DNA of 64,000 nt from positions 704,001 through 768,000 of the forward strand of contig CAVVLO010000002.1 of the NCBI GenBank assembly GCA_963749155.1, given 5' to 3'. The translations under genes were made by a program, and so were the position numbers. The notes under the pieces were generated by a model. It was given only the letters and a program-made list of their open reading frames with translations. It did no database searches and was not told the DNA's origin. The first letter of the stretch is position 1. The number at the start of each line of letters is the position of its first letter. Shown in pieces: positions 22,202 to 33,594 of this stretch. The DNA comes from an uncultured Armatimonadia bacterium (GTDB lineage: Bacteria; Armatimonadota; Zipacnadia; CAVVLO01).

Positions 22202-23344
22202 GTGCAATATCGTAAATATGGCAATACAGGACTTCAACTGGCAGCGCTCGGTTTTGGAGCGATGCGCCTGCCTGCCGAGGAAGAGCGCGCTGTGCCCCTG
22301 ATGGAGCGCTATCTGGAGCTCGGTGGCAACGTGATAGACACCGCGCGCGCTTATGGCCACAGCGAAGAGATGGTTGGCAAGGTCCTGAGAGGACGCCGTG
22401 AGCAGGTTATCCTTTCGACCAAGAATCACTCACTGGAGATGGGCCGCCGGCATCCCCAGGACTGGCGCGAGTATTTCGAAGCCTCACTTACTACAATGGA
22501 CACCGACTACCTAGACCTCTACCACATCCACAATATCTGGTTTGAAGGCTTTGAAGAGGTGCTTTACGAACCTGGCGGGGCCTGGGACCAGTTGATGAAG
22601 GCCAAGGATGAAGGCCTGGTACGCCACATCTGTTTCAGTTGCCATGACACGCCTGAGGCGATGATGAAGTTCATCGACCTTGGCATCTTCGATGGCATCC
22701 TGCTGCAATACAACTTGCTGGACAGGCTGGAACGCTTCACTGGCGCGCATACGGGAGGCACGGGCAACGAGCAGGTGATTTCCTACGCCGCCGATAAAGG
22801 CCTGGGTGTGATGGTGATGGGTCCAATGGCCGGCGGTCGTCTGATGCAGGGGCCAGCCGAACAGCTCAGAGCTATCCTGCCTGAGAAGACCGCCAGTATC
22901 GCAGAACTTGCTCTCCGATTTGTGCTTGCCAATGACCACGTGACCTCGGCGCTGTCGGGGATGAACGCGATGGAGCAGGTCGAGGAGAATTGCCGAGTCG
23001 CAAACCAGCAAGGGCCGCTTTCTGAGGCCGAACGCGCTGCCGTGCTGGACGCTGTCGCGCAGATGGAGAAGCTTGCAGAGCTGTATTGCACTGGCTGCGG
23101 CTATTGCCTGCCCTGCCCTCAGGACATCGCCATCCCAGCGCTCTTCTCGGCGATGAATTATCACCGGGTATGGGGCCTTACTGACCTGGCGAAGGGCGTC
23201 TACAGGCGATATGGCCCTAATCATCCGAAGGGCAAGCAAAACGCTTCGGCCTGCACCGAATGCGGCCAGTGTGAAGAGCGCTGCCCGCAGAATATACCCA
23301 TCATTGAACAGCTCAAGGAAACCCATCGCGCGCTGGGCGAGTAG
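22202..23344 (+). CDS. Aldo/keto reductase with C-terminal 4Fe-4S dicluster
   Basis: LGFGAMRLP, IDTARAYG, DYLDLY.IH; CTGCGYCLPCP and CTECGQCEERCP. Confidence 0.92.
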   Translation: MQYRKYGNTGLQLAALGFGAMRLPAEEERAVPLMERYLELGGNVIDTARAYGHSEEMVGKVLRGRREQVILSTKNHSLEMGRRHPQDWREYFEASLTTMDTDYLDLYHIHNIWFEGFEEVLYEPGGAWDQLMKAKDEGLVRHICFSCHDTPEAMMKFIDLGIFDGILLQYNLLDRLERFTGAHTGGTGNEQVISYAADKGLGVMVMGPMAGGRLMQGPAEQLRAILPEKTASIAELALRFVLANDHVTSALSGMNAMEQVEENCRVANQQGPLSEAERAAVLDAVAQMEKLAELYCTGCGYCLPCPQDIAIPALFSAMNYHRVWGLTDLAKGVYRRYGPNHPKGKQNASACTECGQCEERCPQNIPIIEQLKETHRALGE

Positions 23345-23364
23345 GCTGGCTTCGGGAGCAGAAG

Positions 23365-24498
23365 ATGAAACAGGTAAACCTGGGCCTTATTGGGTGTGGC
23401 GGGGCAGCCCGGATGCTCTATGCGCCCTATATACCCCATCTCAAGGGCGGCAAGATCGTTGCTGTAGCAGATCCTGACCAGGCCCGCGGGAGCGCGCTGG
23501 CGGACCAGTTTGGCGCTGCTTCCTATACCGACCTGGCCGACCTGCTCGCGCATCCCCAGCTAGATGCCGTGATGGTTATGACCCCAACCGGCACCCACGA
23601 GAAAGTCGTCACCGCGGCAGCCGCGGCGGGCAAGCACGTCTATTGTGAGAAGCCGATGGCGCCTACAATCGAAGAAGCCGATATGATGATCGAGGCCTGC
23701 AAAACCGCAGGGGTCTTCCTGATGGTCGCCTTTATGAAGCGCCACAACAAGAGCTTCCAGCGTGCGAAGGAAGTCATCGAATCCGGAGACCTCGGCGATG
23801 TCTTCGAGCTACGTTGCACCTGGGACAACGGGCGGGCGGCAGCCACCACGGGCGATTATCGCCATCGGGCTGAATCTGGCGGGGGCTTTCTGCAGGAAGA
23901 CGGTTCTCATCCCCTGGACGTGTGTCGCTGGTGGCTGGGTGAAGTTGAAGAAGTGACCGCCAACGCCCTATTGGTGGCCTCGGACAGGCTCGAAAATGAA
24001 GACGTCGCAGGCGTGATGTTGCGCCACAGGTCAGGCGCGCTGTCCAGCCTGCATATCACGATGCTCTCGCATCGGCGGGGCCTCGAGGCTTACGAGGTCT
24101 TCGGCACGCGCGGGACACTCGTGCTGGAGGCGCCTTACCACAGCAGCCGGTCGCTGGAGCCACTGCGGCTGCACCTCTATCGCAAGTCCACTGAACGCGT
24201 CGACCTGACGCTACCGGCCAGTTGGAATCCAGGTGAAGAATTCGAGTCCAGTTGGCAGTATGGGCGGGAGTTGGAGCACTTCTGTGAGTGTGTCGCTACT
24301 GGCACGGAGCCAGCCGTCACTGGAGAAGACGGCCGGGCCGTGGTGGAGATTCTAAATGCCGCCTATGCTTCGGTTGCCGAGGGCGCCAAAATAAAACTGC
24401 CCCTTGCCGCCTCGCCCGATTTGCCTGCGCTTATGCGCCGGCTGAAGGCCGAATCGCCCTGGGCGCTTGGCGATTCCACCTGGTGGAGCTGGTACTAA
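23365..24498 (+). CDS. Gfo/Idh/MocA family oxidoreductase
   Basis: GLIGCGG, GKHVYCEKP, GGG...DGSHPLD. Confidence 0.92.
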   Translation: MKQVNLGLIGCGGAARMLYAPYIPHLKGGKIVAVADPDQARGSALADQFGAASYTDLADLLAHPQLDAVMVMTPTGTHEKVVTAAAAAGKHVYCEKPMAPTIEEADMMIEACKTAGVFLMVAFMKRHNKSFQRAKEVIESGDLGDVFELRCTWDNGRAAATTGDYRHRAESGGGFLQEDGSHPLDVCRWWLGEVEEVTANALLVASDRLENEDVAGVMLRHRSGALSSLHITMLSHRRGLEAYEVFGTRGTLVLEAPYHSSRSLEPLRLHLYRKSTERVDLTLPASWNPGEEFESSWQYGRELEHFCECVATGTEPAVTGEDGRAVVEILNAAYASVAEGAKIKLPLAASPDLPALMRRLKAESPWALGDSTWWSWY

Positions 24499-24515
24499 GC
24501 CGGGCAAGCACTTGC

Positions 24516-25793
24516 CTACTCGCTAATCACCAACGCCGGATTGTTGGGGCCGAAGACCGCGCGAGCGCCGATGCTGTTCTCGACCGAGAGCGGCCCAATC
24601 CCCATATTGCCCATTATCAGCGCCTGGGTCGCCTCGCCCGTAAGCCGGGCCAGCGCGCCTTCCTGGTTGAAGGTACAAGCGTTGATGTTCAGCCGTCCGC
24701 CACTTGCAAGGAAGCACGGCCGATTGTCGCTCTTGTGCAAGACGCCCCACTCGTGGATGTTGCAAGCGGTCATATTCAAGCTGCCGGCTTGCACTTCTAT
24801 CAGCGTGTCGGGCACCGCCCAGAAGTCGCAGTTGGTCAGTGTCAAATTACCAGTGTTGCCACTCCTCAGTAGCACCGCGCGACTGCCCTCGCCAGCCCCG
24901 AAGGGCGCGAACATCCCGTGCGTGATGCTGAGGCCAATAGCGAAGGAATCCTCGATGTCCAGCCCGTAGACGCAGCAGTCCGCGCCAATCCCGACGAACT
25001 GACCATTGGTGACCCCTGCCGGGTAGCCAAGCGCTTCCACCGCGTCCGTCTTGTAAAGGCGATAGCCCGTGTGATAACCATAGCTGAAGGTGTTGTAGAT
25101 ATACTGCCAGTCACTGCGGCCGATGTCGAAAGCTACCCCGTTGTTCTGCACGAAGGCCCTCATCGGCTTGCCCAGCGTGAAATACGGCCAGAAATGGACA
25201 TTCTCTATCCGGCTGATGTCATAAGTGTGGTCGGTGTGGATGCCTATCCGGAGCGGTTCTCCCGAGATGTTGCGTACCAGATTCATATGGGCGGCGTCCA
25301 TATCCAGCCCTTTATAGGGATTGCGCAGGAAGATGTTCTCAACGCGCGAGCTTGGGCCCACCTTGATGGCGTAGGGGTACTTGGCAGGCTCTGCCTGCTC
25401 AGCCTCCTGCTCTGGCCAGTTCATCGCAAGGCACTCGATGGCGTTGCCCCCGCCAACCAGTTGCAGGGCGGCGGGTAAAGTCTCATCGTCCTTGCCGTAG
25501 GTGATGTTCAACACAGTGCCAGCCAGGCCGCCAGGCCAGGAGTATTCTCCGCGCAGCGTGATATTTGGCTTGACTACGACGCTGCCAGCCAGCAGATAAC
25601 TGCCAGCCGGCGCAAGCACCACTCCGCCTCCGGCGGCTGATGCAGAGTCAATAGCAGCCTGGAAAGCCGCGGTATCATCGGTCTTTCCATCAGCCTTGGC
25701 CGCGAAATCCATCACATTGAAAAGCCCGCCTGCCAGTGCACTACCAGCGAGCAACAACACCATCAGAAAGCAAAAAAGAGCGATTGTTGGCAT
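24516..25793 (-). CDS. Secreted beta-helix protein, paralog 2
   Basis: Signal peptide; NVMDFAAKADGKTDDTAAFQAAID; DISRIENVHFWPY. Confidence 0.8.
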   Translation of the reverse strand: MPTIALFCFLMVLLLAGSALAGGLFNVMDFAAKADGKTDDTAAFQAAIDSASAAGGGVVLAPAGSYLLAGSVVVKPNITLRGEYSWPGGLAGTVLNITYGKDDETLPAALQLVGGGNAIECLAMNWPEQEAEQAEPAKYPYAIKVGPSSRVENIFLRNPYKGLDMDAAHMNLVRNISGEPLRIGIHTDHTYDISRIENVHFWPYFTLGKPMRAFVQNNGVAFDIGRSDWQYIYNTFSYGYHTGYRLYKTDAVEALGYPAGVTNGQFVGIGADCCVYGLDIEDSFAIGLSITHGMFAPFGAGEGSRAVLLRSGNTGNLTLTNCDFWAVPDTLIEVQAGSLNMTACNIHEWGVLHKSDNRPCFLASGGRLNINACTFNQEGALARLTGEATQALIMGNMGIGPLSVENSIGARAVFGPNNPALVISE

Positions 25794-25911
25794 ATTGTTT
25801 CCTCCTCGTTATGAGTGAAGTGACTTTTCGCCACAAAGAAGCTTTCTCCCGCTTGCAGGAAGCCTCCCTTTGTTGCTGAAACTGGCTTTCATTATCCTGG
25901 AGGTGGCCTGT

Positions 25912-26751
25912 ATGCGACTCGGAGCACCCGTATTCGAGCCTTTTACTAATCCCGAAGAATGGCTGGCCGTTCACAAGAAGGCCGGTTATGGCGCAGCTTA
26001 TTGCCCGGTAGGAGGCGACGCCGATGCCCAACTCATCGCTGATTACGCCGCAGCCTCGGTCGAAGGCAATCTCATAATCGCCGAAGTCGGCGCGTGGAGC
26101 AACCCGCTTTCACCTGACTCTGAGACCGCCAAAGCCGCTCGCGACCACTGCAAGCGCCAACTCGAGCTGGCAGAGGCCATCGGCGCCCGTTGCTGCGTGA
26201 ATATCGCTGGTTCTCGCGGCGCCAAATGGGATGGGCCATCTGCCCTCGATTATGAGGAAGAGACCTTCCATATGATTGTCCGGTCAGTGCAGGACATCAT
26301 CGACAGTGTCGGCCCCGCGCGCGCTTTCTACACGCTGGAGACAATGCCCTGGATGGCCCCTGACAGCACAGAGTGCTATTTCGACCTGATAAAAGCCATC
26401 GACCGGGAGCAGTTCGCAGTCCATTTCGATGCGGTAAATCTCGTCTCAAGTCCGCATATCTACTACCATAATGACGAACTGATCAGCGAGTTCGTCCGGC
26501 GCCTCGGGCCGGCCATCCGCAGTTGCCACCTGAAGGACATAATCCTTACGGGAGAGCTAACTGTCGTGCTGCGCGAGATAGCGCCAGGCAAAGGCGAACT
26601 GGACTACAAGACCTTGCTGACCATGCTTTCCGAGTTGGAGCCTGACACTCCTCTTATGGTAGAGCATCTCCAGACCGCCGAAGAATACGCCGAAGCCATC
26701 ACCTTCATCCGCGCGAAAGCCGATTCACTCGGGCTTGAGTTCCTCAGCTAA
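25912..26751 (+). CDS. Sugar phosphate isomerase/epimerase (AP endonuclease 2 TIM barrel)
   Basis: LETMPW, HFDAVN, CHLKD, PG.GELDY, MVEH. Confidence 0.88.
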   Translation: MRLGAPVFEPFTNPEEWLAVHKKAGYGAAYCPVGGDADAQLIADYAAASVEGNLIIAEVGAWSNPLSPDSETAKAARDHCKRQLELAEAIGARCCVNIAGSRGAKWDGPSALDYEEETFHMIVRSVQDIIDSVGPARAFYTLETMPWMAPDSTECYFDLIKAIDREQFAVHFDAVNLVSSPHIYYHNDELISEFVRRLGPAIRSCHLKDIILTGELTVVLREIAPGKGELDYKTLLTMLSELEPDTPLMVEHLQTAEEYAEAITFIRAKADSLGLEFLS

Positions 26752-26761
26752 CCCAAAACGC

Positions 26762-26796
26762 AACCGGGGAGCCTCTGAAGGCTCCCCGGTTTTTTT
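26762..26796. terminator. Terminator between convergent genes
   Basis: aaccggggagcc-tctgaa-ggctccccggtt followed by a T run. Confidence 0.85.
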
Positions 26797-26814
26797 CCAG
26801 ATTTTTGTGGTTGC

Positions 26815-28074
26815 TTACTGGGCGCTGTTCAGGCCCACCTGTAAATCGCCAGTTGAAAGGTTTTCGAGCTGTAATCCGCCCGCGCACTGGTTCATCCCGA
26901 TGATCGCCGCCTGCATCCCTTCTCCCAGCCTGATATGCGGTTTGTTCTGCGCGAAGTAGCAACCTGTCACGGTCAGGCGCGCGTTGGAAGCGTCTACGCA
27001 AGGCGCATCTCCCCAGGCAGCGAAATGGCAGCCGTTGAGGATAACCGCGCTAGGGCCTGCGGCCGTGACCTGGCTGCCTGTGGCTGCAACGGGCCAGAAG
27101 CCGCAATTGGTAAACTTGATTGGCCCAGTGTTGGTATCGGTCACTTCAACCAGTCCCATTACCTGGCAGTTGACAAACTGATGGCCCGAATGGGGCTGGC
27201 TTGCTTCGATCCGGAAAGCGCAGGGGCTGATGTCGCCGCCTGATTGGGTCACCACAACGTTGCCCCCGCCATTGCCCAGGTCGGCAAACCGGAAACAGTA
27301 TTTGTTGAAGATAGTGAAGCAATTGGTCACGAACTCCCAGTCGGTGCGCCCGAAGACGAACCCCTCGGAGTTCTGTCCCACATAATCTGCCAGCAAGCCC
27401 CAGTTGTTTGCAGTTGCGTTGAAAACCGGATCTCCAGCGCGCGCCCAATAATGGGGATTGAAGTGGACATTGCTGATGCGGCCGATATCGGTGCACTGGT
27501 CAACCATAACACCCATCCGCAAGATGCAGCCATAAACGTGGTTGATAACATGCAACTCGCCGTGGTGGGTGCCGAAGTCAATGCCCCGGTAGCTGTTGAC
27601 CAGTGTGCAGTTCTCCACTGTGCCATGCATCGCGCGCCCCTGGACAGTCCAGGGATAGGGGACGATGGCGTCAACTTTCTGTTCGGGATACCAGAAGGTT
27701 AATCCGCGGACCGCGCTGCTCTCGGAAAGGTTGATGAAGGGAGTGGCGGTCTCATCGCCGCGCCCACCATAGGCCATAAGTACGGTGCCCTTGGGCAGCG
27801 CGCCATGATGGGGCATCTCCCAGACGCCCTCAAGCGCAACACCCGTCGGGAGGGTCAGACTGCCATCACACCGGTAATGGCCGTTTTCCAGCAACACAAC
27901 GCCGCCGCCAGCCTCCGCGCAGGCATCTAATGCCGTCTGGATTGCCATCGTGGCGTCGCTGCGTCCCGAGTTGTCAGCCGCGAAATCTGCAGCCAGGAAT
28001 CTCCCTGCCGCACCAGCAGAGGTTGCTCCCACCGAGATCACCACCAAAATTATGAGGATTGCCAACTTGCTCAT
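26815..28074 (-). CDS. Secreted beta-helix protein, paralog 3
   Basis: Signal peptide; DATMAIQTALD..AEAGGGVV.L; DIGRISNVHFNP; FGRTDW. Confidence 0.8.
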   Translation of the reverse strand: MSKLAILIILVVISVGATSAGAAGRFLAADFAADNSGRSDATMAIQTALDACAEAGGGVVLLENGHYRCDGSLTLPTGVALEGVWEMPHHGALPKGTVLMAYGGRGDETATPFINLSESSAVRGLTFWYPEQKVDAIVPYPWTVQGRAMHGTVENCTLVNSYRGIDFGTHHGELHVINHVYGCILRMGVMVDQCTDIGRISNVHFNPHYWARAGDPVFNATANNWGLLADYVGQNSEGFVFGRTDWEFVTNCFTIFNKYCFRFADLGNGGGNVVVTQSGGDISPCAFRIEASQPHSGHQFVNCQVMGLVEVTDTNTGPIKFTNCGFWPVAATGSQVTAAGPSAVILNGCHFAAWGDAPCVDASNARLTVTGCYFAQNKPHIRLGEGMQAAIIGMNQCAGGLQLENLSTGDLQVGLNSAQ

Positions 28075-28148
28075 ACACTCACCTGCCCACCGCCGAAGCG
28101 GAGTGGATGGGATTATGTTTCTTGAGGACGCCAGCCAGACTTGCCTGG

Positions 28149-29213
28149 TTAGCTGCTGGGTAGCTGGACGGGCTGCAGTAATGGCAGATAAAGACACTGC
28201 AATCCATTCGTGAACCAGTCAGGCACCAGTAAAGGCTGGACAGGTAGCTCCTCCAACTGGTCAGTTCGGGTGGGCAGCAGTAGCTCCTGCACAGGGGTAG
28301 TTAACTTTGCGGCAATCACGGTAAGGGAGCCAGCTTTCACCTGTTGGTGATGGATGGATTCCTGGCCCTGCAGGTTGAAGACGAACTCGACCAGGCGCAC
28401 TCCGCTGCCAATAGAGGAGAGCTCAAATTTGCACGGGGCGATGCCCTTGAGCACGGGCGCTGCGCCTGGGGCGGGCCGCACATAAACTTTGGCGCCTGTG
28501 GGCATTGTCTTCACTTCTACCCGGGTAGGTGGCTTGGGTATCGGCTGGTTACCGAGTAACTGGCTCACCGTGACAAGCTGGTAGCCTTGACTACGCAAGC
28601 CGCGCACAAGCGGACGCAAGGCGTTCACCGTGTTGGTCCGGTCGTGCATCAGCACAATGGCGCCACTGCGAGCCTTGCCCAATACATAGCTGACTATCTC
28701 GCTCGAGCTGCGGCCGGTCCAGTCGCGCGTGTCCATATTCCAGTGGATGATACGTAAACCAAGTTCTGCGCAAACACTTTGGGTAGTATCATTGAAGCTG
28801 CCATAAGGCGGCCGGAAGAGGGGCGATACTCTGCCGCCGGTGGCTTCGCGGATAATCTCTAGGCTTCTGGTCAATTGCCATTTCTGACTATTGGCATCCA
28901 GCTTGGTGAACTGGGGATGCGAGAGGGAATGAGTGCCTATTTCCATCCCAGCATCAGCCCAGGCCTTAACCTGCGCGGCATTTCGTCCAACCGCGTTGGC
29001 AAGGAAAAACCCGGTGCCTTTTACGCCTTCTTCTTTCAGAATCTGAAGCTCTTTTGCCCAGTTGGAAGGACTGGATTCCAGATCGAAGGTAAGCGCAATA
29101 GCTTTGCGGCTCGTTGGACCATTGAAAACGGCAGTAGAAGCAGCCCATGCGCTGCACACCGCCCAGAGCGCGGTAACAACGGTCAGCCAGATTGCCAGTT
29201 GGCGTGCCTTCAA
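28149..29213 (-). CDS. Secreted polysaccharide deacetylase (CE4/NodB) with PEGA-like domain
   Basis: IALTFD, GTHSLSHP, FRPPYG, DTRDW, IVLMHD; V.TMPTGAKVYV. Confidence 0.88.
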   Translation of the reverse strand: MKARQLAIWLTVVTALWAVCSAWAASTAVFNGPTSRKAIALTFDLESSPSNWAKELQILKEEGVKGTGFFLANAVGRNAAQVKAWADAGMEIGTHSLSHPQFTKLDANSQKWQLTRSLEIIREATGGRVSPLFRPPYGSFNDTTQSVCAELGLRIIHWNMDTRDWTGRSSSEIVSYVLGKARSGAIVLMHDRTNTVNALRPLVRGLRSQGYQLVTVSQLLGNQPIPKPPTRVEVKTMPTGAKVYVRPAPGAAPVLKGIAPCKFELSSIGSGVRLVEFVFNLQGQESIHHQQVKAGSLTVIAAKLTTPVQELLLPTRTDQLEELPVQPLLVPDWFTNGLQCLYLPLLQPVQLPSS

Positions 29214-29289
29214 GGCCTTCTCCTGCGCGCGAGGATTGCTCCGAGGACACAAGGGCCGGGTCCTTCAGAAAGAAGGCCCGGCCTTCTTC

Positions 29290-29383
29290 AAGCTACCACC
29301 GGATTGTGCCAGTGTCAAGCCGGTAATTGGCCCAGTGAAGGGAAATCTTCGCGGTTTCGCCGGCTAATAACCCGTGCTATAAT
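29290..29383. promoter_or_regulatory. Divergent sigmaA-type promoters (deacetylase / eno)
   Basis: Minus strand TTGACA-N17-TAGCTT (29318..29290); plus strand TGcTATAAT ending at 29383. Confidence 0.65.
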
Positions 29384-29446
29384 CGCGCCTGTGAAAGGGC
29401 GTTACACTTTCCCGCGAAGGCTAACCTGAGGCTAGCCGCGCGCTAA

Positions 29447-30784
<1,338 letters not shown>

Positions 30785-30848
30785 ACTACCATTAACACCC
30801 GGGGGGCGGGTCACCTTGAACCGCCCTCCCTCCAATATGGAGGCGTTT

Positions 30849-32294
30849 ATGCCACTGCAGAAGACCAAGATCCTCTGCACCCTCGGGCCAGCCAGCGAAA
30901 CCTTCGAGCAGATAGCAGCCCTGGCTAAGGCCGGTATGAGCCTGGCGAGAATCAACTTCTCCCATGGCACTTATGAGCAGCACGCTGCCAAACTGGAAGC
31001 CATCAAGAAGCTGAATGAAACCCGTCACAGTCCTATTGCTGTCATCACTGACCTTTCCGGCCCCAAGCTACGCATTGGGATGATTCCTGAAGGGCCTATT
31101 ATGCTGGAAGACGGGGCTACTCTGGTCCTTACCAAGGAACAGGTAGACGGCACGGTTGAATGCCTTTCGGTGAGTCTTCCCCAGCTTGTGGACGACCTCA
31201 AGGTCGGCGATGAGCTGCTGCTGCATGATGGGATTATCCTTCTCCAGGTAATCGCCAAACGGCCAGGAGAACTGGTCTGCCAGGTGGTCAATGGCGGGCC
31301 GCTTTCCAGTCGTCAAGGCATAAATGTCCCAAAGACGGAGCTTTCGATACCCAGCGTTACTCAGAAAGACAGGCAAGACCTGGAATTCGCCCTCAGTGCT
31401 GGGGTTGACTGGATTTCGCTGAGTTTCGTGCGCAGCGCCAGAGACATCGAGATATTGCGCTATCTGATTTCCTCAGCGGGTTATGACACCCCAATCGTCG
31501 CCAAAATCGAGAAAGCCGAAGCGGTTGAAGATATCGATGCGATAATCGAAGCGGCCGACGCGGTTATGGTGGCGCGCGGCGATTTGGGAGTCGAGATCCC
31601 CATCGAGCAAGTGCCGATGGTGCAGAAATCCATCATCCGTAAATGCGTCGAAGCTTGCAAGCCTGTAATCACGGCCACCCAGATGCTTGAGTCAATGGTC
31701 GAGAATCTAGGCCCCACCCGAGCCGAGGTCACCGATGTGGCCAATGCCATCCTCGATGGCAGCGATGCCGTAATGCTGGCCGAGGAGACCGCCGTTGGCC
31801 AGCATCCCGCACTTGCGACCTCTACGATGCGCAAACTTGCCGCGACCGCGGAAGAGAATCTGGCCTTCCTCGAGTTCTTCGAGCGGGCTTCACGCCAGCC
31901 CAATATGAATACTGCCGAAGCGGTCGCCCAGTCGGCCTGTCAACTTGCTTACGAACTGGACGCCAAAGCCATAGTGGCGCCAACCTCAAGCGGCCTGACC
32001 CCTGCCCGTATCACGAAATATCGGCCCAAAAGCCCAATTATCGCAGTTACCCATAACGAGCATATCCAGCGCAGGTTGCAGCTCTGGTTTGGCGTTATCC
32101 CCCTGAGAACCAGGCCTGCCAGCACCGTGGACGAGTTGCTAGCGGGCGCCCTCGAGTGTTCAGTTGCAGCCGGACTGCTCTCTGAAGGCGATCTCGTAAT
32201 AATGGTCGGGGGAGTACCCGTGGGTCATGAGGGAGCGACCAATTTCCTCAAAGTGCATGTCGTTGGCGAACAGCTCATAGGTCACGAAAGTTAG
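30849..32294 (+). CDS. pyk: Pyruvate kinase
   Basis: KTKILCTLGPAS, RINFSHG, MVARGDLGVE, ATQMLESM, PTRAEVTDVANA. Confidence 0.97.
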   Translation: MPLQKTKILCTLGPASETFEQIAALAKAGMSLARINFSHGTYEQHAAKLEAIKKLNETRHSPIAVITDLSGPKLRIGMIPEGPIMLEDGATLVLTKEQVDGTVECLSVSLPQLVDDLKVGDELLLHDGIILLQVIAKRPGELVCQVVNGGPLSSRQGINVPKTELSIPSVTQKDRQDLEFALSAGVDWISLSFVRSARDIEILRYLISSAGYDTPIVAKIEKAEAVEDIDAIIEAADAVMVARGDLGVEIPIEQVPMVQKSIIRKCVEACKPVITATQMLESMVENLGPTRAEVTDVANAILDGSDAVMLAEETAVGQHPALATSTMRKLAATAEENLAFLEFFERASRQPNMNTAEAVAQSACQLAYELDAKAIVAPTSSGLTPARITKYRPKSPIIAVTHNEHIQRRLQLWFGVIPLRTRPASTVDELLAGALECSVAAGLLSEGDLVIMVGGVPVGHEGATNFLKVHVVGEQLIGHES

Positions 32295-32317
32295 TCTCAG
32301 CGAGGCAATAGCGGAAT

Positions 32318-32758
32318 ATGCCCACTTCAGCAAGAGCACGAAGTCTTTTCAGGCGCCACTCGGGCTGGCTCTTTGGCCTGGTGGTTATCTGCTCGATTGG
32401 CGCAGCGGTGCTTATCTCGCCAGGCGTTAGAAAATGCCAGGTCTGGTCCTCAAGCGTGGAGGAGACGCGTCGCCAGGTTGCCGTGCTTGATCAACGCAAG
32501 TCAGCTCTGCTGGATCAGTTCACCATCGGCCAGGAAGCCATGCTCGAGCGAAAAGCCCACGAGCTTGGTCAAGTGAAGCCAGGGGAGGTACTCATCCAGG
32601 TAGTGCCTAGTCCAGAAGCCAAGGCGCCCCTGCAAGCTTTGCGTCAATACTGGTACCCTCAGCGAGAGCTGGAACCCGAAGTGCCGGCTCTCATCCTCGA
32701 AAAACCAAAAAAAACTTCTCCCAGCCCTAAAGTTTTACCGCTATCCGCCGATAAGTAG
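32318..32758 (+). CDS. FtsB/DivIC-like septum formation initiator
   Basis: One TM helix, coiled coil, ERKAHELGQVKPGE resembling the FtsB E..AR..LG.VKPGE motif; near eno. Confidence 0.6.
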   Translation: MPTSARARSLFRRHSGWLFGLVVICSIGAAVLISPGVRKCQVWSSSVEETRRQVAVLDQRKSALLDQFTIGQEAMLERKAHELGQVKPGEVLIQVVPSPEAKAPLQALRQYWYPQRELEPEVPALILEKPKKTSPSPKVLPLSADK

Positions 32759-32787
32759 AGCAACACACACGCGCGGAAGGCGCCCTT

Positions 32788-33594
32788 ATGGACTTTGGTA
32801 AAATAATCGGCCTGGTATTGGTGCCCGGTATTTTGTTTGCCGGTGTCTCAATCAGCGGCGGCGTTGGAGCCTTCAACGATCCGCCCGCTCTTCTAATCGT
32901 ATTTGGCGGCACGCTTGCGACCGCCTTCCTTGCCTTGCCCCTGTCAGTGTTGATGGCAGCGCCAAAAGCCTTTCTCAAGCTTGTGCTTGGGAAGGAAACC
33001 AATCCCGTCGAACTGATAGTTGCCCTGGTTACCCTGGCCAGGCGCGCCAGGAAAGAAGGCCTGCTGGCCCTCGAAAACGATATCGAGTCCATCGAAGATC
33101 CCTTCCTGCGCAAGGGTATGCAACTGGCGGTGGACGGGATGGAGCCTAACGGCTTGCGCGAGGTGCTTCAGCTCGAAATCAAGTCTATGAAGCAACGCCA
33201 TGCTGTCAACCGCTCCTTCTTCGATCATGGTTCGGTAATTGCCCCAGGATTCGGCCTGATCGCAACTCTGATGGGGCTAATCCACATGCTTGGCAATCTG
33301 TCCGACCCCAGCTCGCTTGGCCCCTCGATGGCTATGGCCTTCATTGGCACCTTCTACGGAGGCGTCTTGGCTTACGCTATCGTCATTCCCATCAGCGGCG
33401 CCTTGTTCAACAAGACTGAGGACGAGGGACGCATCCGGTCTATGGTGCTGGAAGGCGTAATCGGCATCCAGAGCGGCGAAAGCCCGCGTGTAATCGAAGA
33501 AAAACTCAAAGCTTTCCTGCCCCCCGCCAAGCGCAAGCTGGTGCCTGACCTGAGTTCTGGCGCGGGAGGTGAGGCCCGTGACGCCGCCGCCTGA
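32788..33594 (+). CDS. motA: Stator A subunit (MotA/PomA)
   Basis: ARKEGLLALE, DPFLRKGMQLAVDG, APGFGLIATLMGLI.ML, TFYG. Confidence 0.92.
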   Translation: MDFGKIIGLVLVPGILFAGVSISGGVGAFNDPPALLIVFGGTLATAFLALPLSVLMAAPKAFLKLVLGKETNPVELIVALVTLARRARKEGLLALENDIESIEDPFLRKGMQLAVDGMEPNGLREVLQLEIKSMKQRHAVNRSFFDHGSVIAPGFGLIATLMGLIHMLGNLSDPSSLGPSMAMAFIGTFYGGVLAYAIVIPISGALFNKTEDEGRIRSMVLEGVIGIQSGESPRVIEEKLKAFLPPAKRKLVPDLSSGAGGEARDAAA

